NCBI GenBank assembly: GCA_964016885.1
Contig: OZ024761.1
Span: forward strand, 9,176,001 to 9,240,000
Direction: 5' to 3'
DNA from: Eledone cirrhosa
Taxonomy: Eukaryota
Length of the DNA stretch: 64,000 nt
Shown here piece after piece: positions 63,257 through 64,000 of the stretch. Every line of letters starts with the position of its first letter. Position 1 is the first letter of the stretch. Below the pieces are notes generated by a model, which was not told the origin of the DNA, ran no database searches, and saw only the letters and a program-made list of their open reading frames with translations. The translations under genes and the position numbers were made by a program.

Positions 63257-63632
63257 TCAAGAAAGAAGAGTGTAACCAGTCAATTCATCAGAGCTAGCGA
63301 GAATGCAAGCTCTGATGAATTGACTGGTTATAACTATGTATTGGTGATCGATTGACGCAGAAACAGGCGGGTAGCGATCTCTAGACATACCAGTTCAGAG
63401 AAACAATTGTCAGCAATGTGACTAAAGCCCTTATTGTATAGCAAACCGTGTCACTCTTCTTTCTTGATTTATCATTACTCCAAGTGTAAACTACATAGAA
63501 ATCACCCCGTACTCGCAACATAACTATGGAAACGCTCTGTTGAGTCAAACTTAGCCAAGCGTTGATATCATCCACTACTCGGAGTACCCTAACTGGACTA
63601 CACCTAAGTGGACTACCTATCTGTTATCTCGT
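63257..63632 (+). mobile_element. Family E insertion with internally deleted inverted arm; extended hammerhead at 63309-63414
   Basis: GCT-CTGATGA-[81 nt: TTGACTGGT/ACCAGTTCAG, TATGT/ACATA, GATCG/CGATC]-GAAA-CAATTG-TC^AGC. Confidence 0.75.
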
Positions 63633-63827
63633 ATATATATATTGCAATAATATACACATACTGAATTCATCCGCCAAAAATAAGGGTTGCCTCCCTTGTC
63701 GAGCCTCACGTGGGTATTTGTAACGGTCAATCCATGGCCTGGCACTTGAACTAAAAGCCGGTTGAGAAAGTGACTACCAGAAGCCTAACATTATTTGTCT
63801 AAGCGGATACTGCCAATTCACCACCAA

Positions 63828-64000
63828 TGGGTGGTGAATTGGCAGTATCGGTAGAGGGTCAGACGCCATGCTTTCTAGCATAGTTATGTCCCTTTATGAT
63901 CTGAGTTCAAATCCCGCCGAGGTTAACTTTGCCTTTCATCCTTACGGGGTCGATAAAATAAAGTACCAGTAATGCACTGGGTAATTGCTGGCCTTGTGCC
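63828..64000 (+). mobile_element. tRNA-derived SINE (runs to the window edge), with a short inverted copy of its head at ~63807-63826
   Basis: Same family as 61713-61899. Confidence 0.85.

Overview
Eukaryotic, extremely (TA)n-rich, repeat-only window with one 200-N gap and no recognisable host gene. The tRNA-derived SINEs resemble octopus SINEs, so a cephalopod origin is likely (inference). Coding content is all retroelement: a Tx1/L1-clade LINE (ORF1 with CCHC knuckle plus APE-endonuclease ORF2 running off the left edge) and three 5'-truncated relatives, an R4/Dong-like fragment, a CRE-like C-terminal fragment, a 5'-truncated Penelope-like element (PLE) with GIY-YIG, and an apparently intact ~800-aa Naiad-like PLE (RT + GIY-YIG). 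The main hidden signal: many of the short unique islands between microsatellites are PLE-type 3' ends carrying type I hammerhead ribozymes. By eye there are about a dozen sequence-distinct families, including U3-A8 core variants and ~80-nt stem II extensions. Many are asymmetric fold-back insertions whose turning point lies in or next to the hammerhead. One non-coding family is a 471-nt head-to-tail monomer with one hammerhead per unit (retrozyme-like). All RNA folds were done by eye; family letters are my own labels.
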